Positions 16,140 to 17,059 of a stretch of 17,059 nt of DNA are shown here, one piece after another. Position 1 is the stretch's first letter, and every line of letters starts with the position of its first letter. The DNA is from Campylobacterota bacterium (GTDB lineage: Bacteria > Campylobacterota > Campylobacteria > Campylobacterales > Sulfurimonadaceae), in the NCBI GenBank assembly GCA_034661055.1, contig JAYEKO010000044.1, positions 1 to 17,059 on the forward strand, written 5' to 3'. The notes beneath the pieces were generated by a model. The model was not told where the DNA came from and did no database searches. It saw only the letters and a list, made by a program, of their open reading frames with translations. Both the position numbers and the translations under genes were made by a program.

Positions 16140-16583
16140 CTACTCAGTTATCATCGATTCCATCATATCAATAATAAGAGCAGCATCTGCATTTAGATGC
16201 TGTTGAGCCATAGAATAGAGCATCTGTTCCTCTTTCATATTGTGCTGTTGCAGCATAATCATCATCGTCTCAGTCAGACCAAAAAACTTATCTCTATCAT
16301 CTGCTTCTATAGCCTCACTAATCTCATTAATGAGTCCGCGAATCTGTGTATGTTCTTGACGCATCATCTGTGTAGGACCTTGAAGCATACCTGTTTTTTG
16401 CTCAAACGCCGGAAACATAACACGCTCTTCCATCTGAAAGTGATGTTCTGTCGCCTCTGCAAACTTTTTGTACATCTCAGTTGCATCTGCCAATGTTCCT
16501 GCATTAGCAATATTTTCCATTGCTGAGAAGTGAACATCACATTCACGATGGTCTTGTGTTAAAAACGTTCTAATATCTGCCAT
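16140..16583 (-). CDS. Hemerythrin/HHE cation-binding domain protein
   Basis: 147 aa; DH...D, HFQMEE.VMFP, M.QEH, HNMKEE..LY di-iron ligand pattern; Met-rich. Confidence 0.92.
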   Translation of the reverse strand: MADIRTFLTQDHRECDVHFSAMENIANAGTLADATEMYKKFAEATEHHFQMEERVMFPAFEQKTGMLQGPTQMMRQEHTQIRGLINEISEAIEADDRDKFFGLTETMMIMLQQHNMKEEQMLYSMAQQHLNADAALIIDMMESMITE

Positions 16584-16654
16584 AACTATAACCTTATTAT
16601 AATTTTTGACATTGTAGTATTAGGGTACTTCTAAAATAATTAAAGGGTACGTTG

Positions 16655-16960
16655 ATGCAAAATATTTATGAAGATATTGCAATAATTAAAAATAATGATG
16701 AATTATTCACAGAACTATTCGCTTACAAAGATATAAAGATAGAGAGAATTGTATCCAAGTCATTTAAAAATGGTTCATGGATGCTGCAAGATCATGATGA
16801 GTGGACAGTACTCATTAAAGGAGAGGCACTTTTAGAATTTAATGATAGAAATGTCTCATTAAAGGCAGGAGATCATATTTTTATTAAAGCTCACGAGGCG
16901 CATCGAGTTTTAGAGACTTCAGAGTCAGCACTTTGGCTTGCAGTACATTTTAAAAACTAA
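16655..16960 (+). CDS. Cupin domain protein
   Basis: About 101 aa (ATG 16655 fits RBS AAGGG better than TTG 16652); IERIVS, QDHDEW..LIKGEA.L, LKAGD.IFI.AH..HRV, WLAVH. Confidence 0.88.
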   Translation: MQNIYEDIAIIKNNDELFTELFAYKDIKIERIVSKSFKNGSWMLQDHDEWTVLIKGEALLEFNDRNVSLKAGDHIFIKAHEAHRVLETSESALWLAVHFKN

Positions 16961-17058
16961 CCGTTACAAATAGCTTCTTCAACCCGAATTATGCAAGTTG
17001 GTTCAAAATTTGTGAGTTTTTTAATATTTTGTATATTTGGGAAATCTTTTAGTTCTAT
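16957..17058 (-). CDS. 3' end of an unidentified convergent gene, truncated by the window edge
   Basis: Minus frame open from the edge: IELKDFPNIQNIKKLTNFEPTCIIRVEEAICNG*, with its stop overlapping the cupin stop (CTAA 16957-16960). Confidence 0.45.
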   Translation of the reverse strand: MELKDFPNIQNIKKLTNFEPTCIIRVEEAICNG

Positions 17059-17059
17059 A

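Noticed and set aside
479..16546. Short alternative-frame or antisense ORFs in the track (e.g. 479-745, 1018-1272, 2119-2346, 2411-2617, 3519-3815, those within 5224-9061, 10071-10253, 10684-11285, 16197-16546)
   Set aside because: All lie within or largely overlap well-supported genes and show no recognisable motifs; treated as shadow ORFs.
1..17059. CRISPR array, tRNA, rRNA, prophage or intact transposase
   Set aside because: No regularly spaced repeats, cloverleaf or rRNA-like segments, or phage/transposase ORFs were seen.

Overview
AT-rich bacterial window that looks like Campylobacterota (Sulfurimonas/Sulfurovum-like; inferred from gene content, promoter style and composition). Left to right: the 3' end of a small ORF ending in RSRSPPFIS* (missing from the ORF track) just before a ZnuD/BfrG-like TonB-dependent transporter; a hemolysin-III/PAQR membrane protein; an AT-rich island with a ~256 bp IS4-like inverted-repeat element and an RHH-antitoxin/RelE-toxin pair; a minus-strand B-C-A operon for a Tat-exported Mo/W-bis-PGD oxidoreductase (4Fe-4S subunit, NrfD/PsrC anchor, 1131-aa catalytic subunit); mltB; hisD; an alpha-carbonic anhydrase broken by an internal deletion plus frameshift; a minus-strand run of hemerythrin, polytopic membrane protein, SPL-like radical SAM, aroK and thioredoxin-like protein; a cupin; and a partial convergent ORF. 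Best leads: (1) a probable RAPP-type ribosome-arrest leader peptide controlling the TonB transporter, (2) an over-represented TACATGTA palindrome (at least 8 copies), (3) the hemerythrin/membrane protein/SPL-like module, and (4) the atypical molybdoenzyme. All calls come from reading motifs by eye; no database searches were run.
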